Assembly: GCF_001194135.2 (NCBI RefSeq) | Contig: NC_068993.1 | Span: 56,889,917-56,953,916 of the forward strand | From: Octopus bimaculoides | Lineage: Eukaryota | Direction: 5' to 3' | Length of the DNA stretch: 64,000 bases | Position numbers and translations under genes: made by a program | The notes under the pieces: generated by a model | What the model saw: the letters and a program-made list of their open reading frames with translations, nothing else | Databases searched by the model: none | What the model was told of the DNA's origin: nothing | Shown here: positions 63,953-64,000 of the stretch, piece by piece | Layout of the letters: every line of letters begins with the position of its first letter | Numbering within the stretch: position 1 is the stretch's first letter

Positions 63953-64000
63953 TCTTTTATTCTTTTATCTGTTTCAACACACGATTTCAGATCAGAAATT

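Noticed and set aside
1-64000. CRISPR array, rRNA, or prokaryotic operon-like system
   Set aside because: No repeat-spacer periodicity, rRNA motifs or gene-dense coding; the DNA is clearly eukaryotic and repeat-rich.

Overview
Repeat-dominated, AT-rich eukaryotic intronic/intergenic DNA from a gappy short-read assembly (19 N-gaps, most flanked by (TA)n). The repeat landscape looks like an Octopus (coleoid cephalopod) genome; this is an inference from recalled SINE families. I find no supportable host protein-coding exon, rRNA, true tRNA or CRISPR array, and nearly all listed ORFs are translated microsatellites or gaps. Real content: (i) about 30 tRNA-derived SINE copies or fragments from at least 4 modular families, called A, B, C and F/G here; (ii) decayed LINEs (three R4/Dong-type RLE loci, one RTE, one CR1/Jockey-group, a possible Penelope GIY-YIG remnant); (iii) a 5'-truncated D,D34D mariner resembling Hsmar1; (iv) two Buster-type hAT relics; (v) two TA-flanked MITEs and two long fold-back palindromes. 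The most notable signal is a set of minimal type-I hammerhead ribozyme motifs of the Penelope-associated kind. One, at 23044-23084 (-), carries a compensatory U3-A8 core with perfect stems II and III and lies just upstream of a strong 5' splice site. A second, at 24597-24635 (+), has a canonical core. Decayed copies occur at 40501-40543 and about 61689-61715. All protein comparisons were made by eye against remembered family motifs and need database confirmation.
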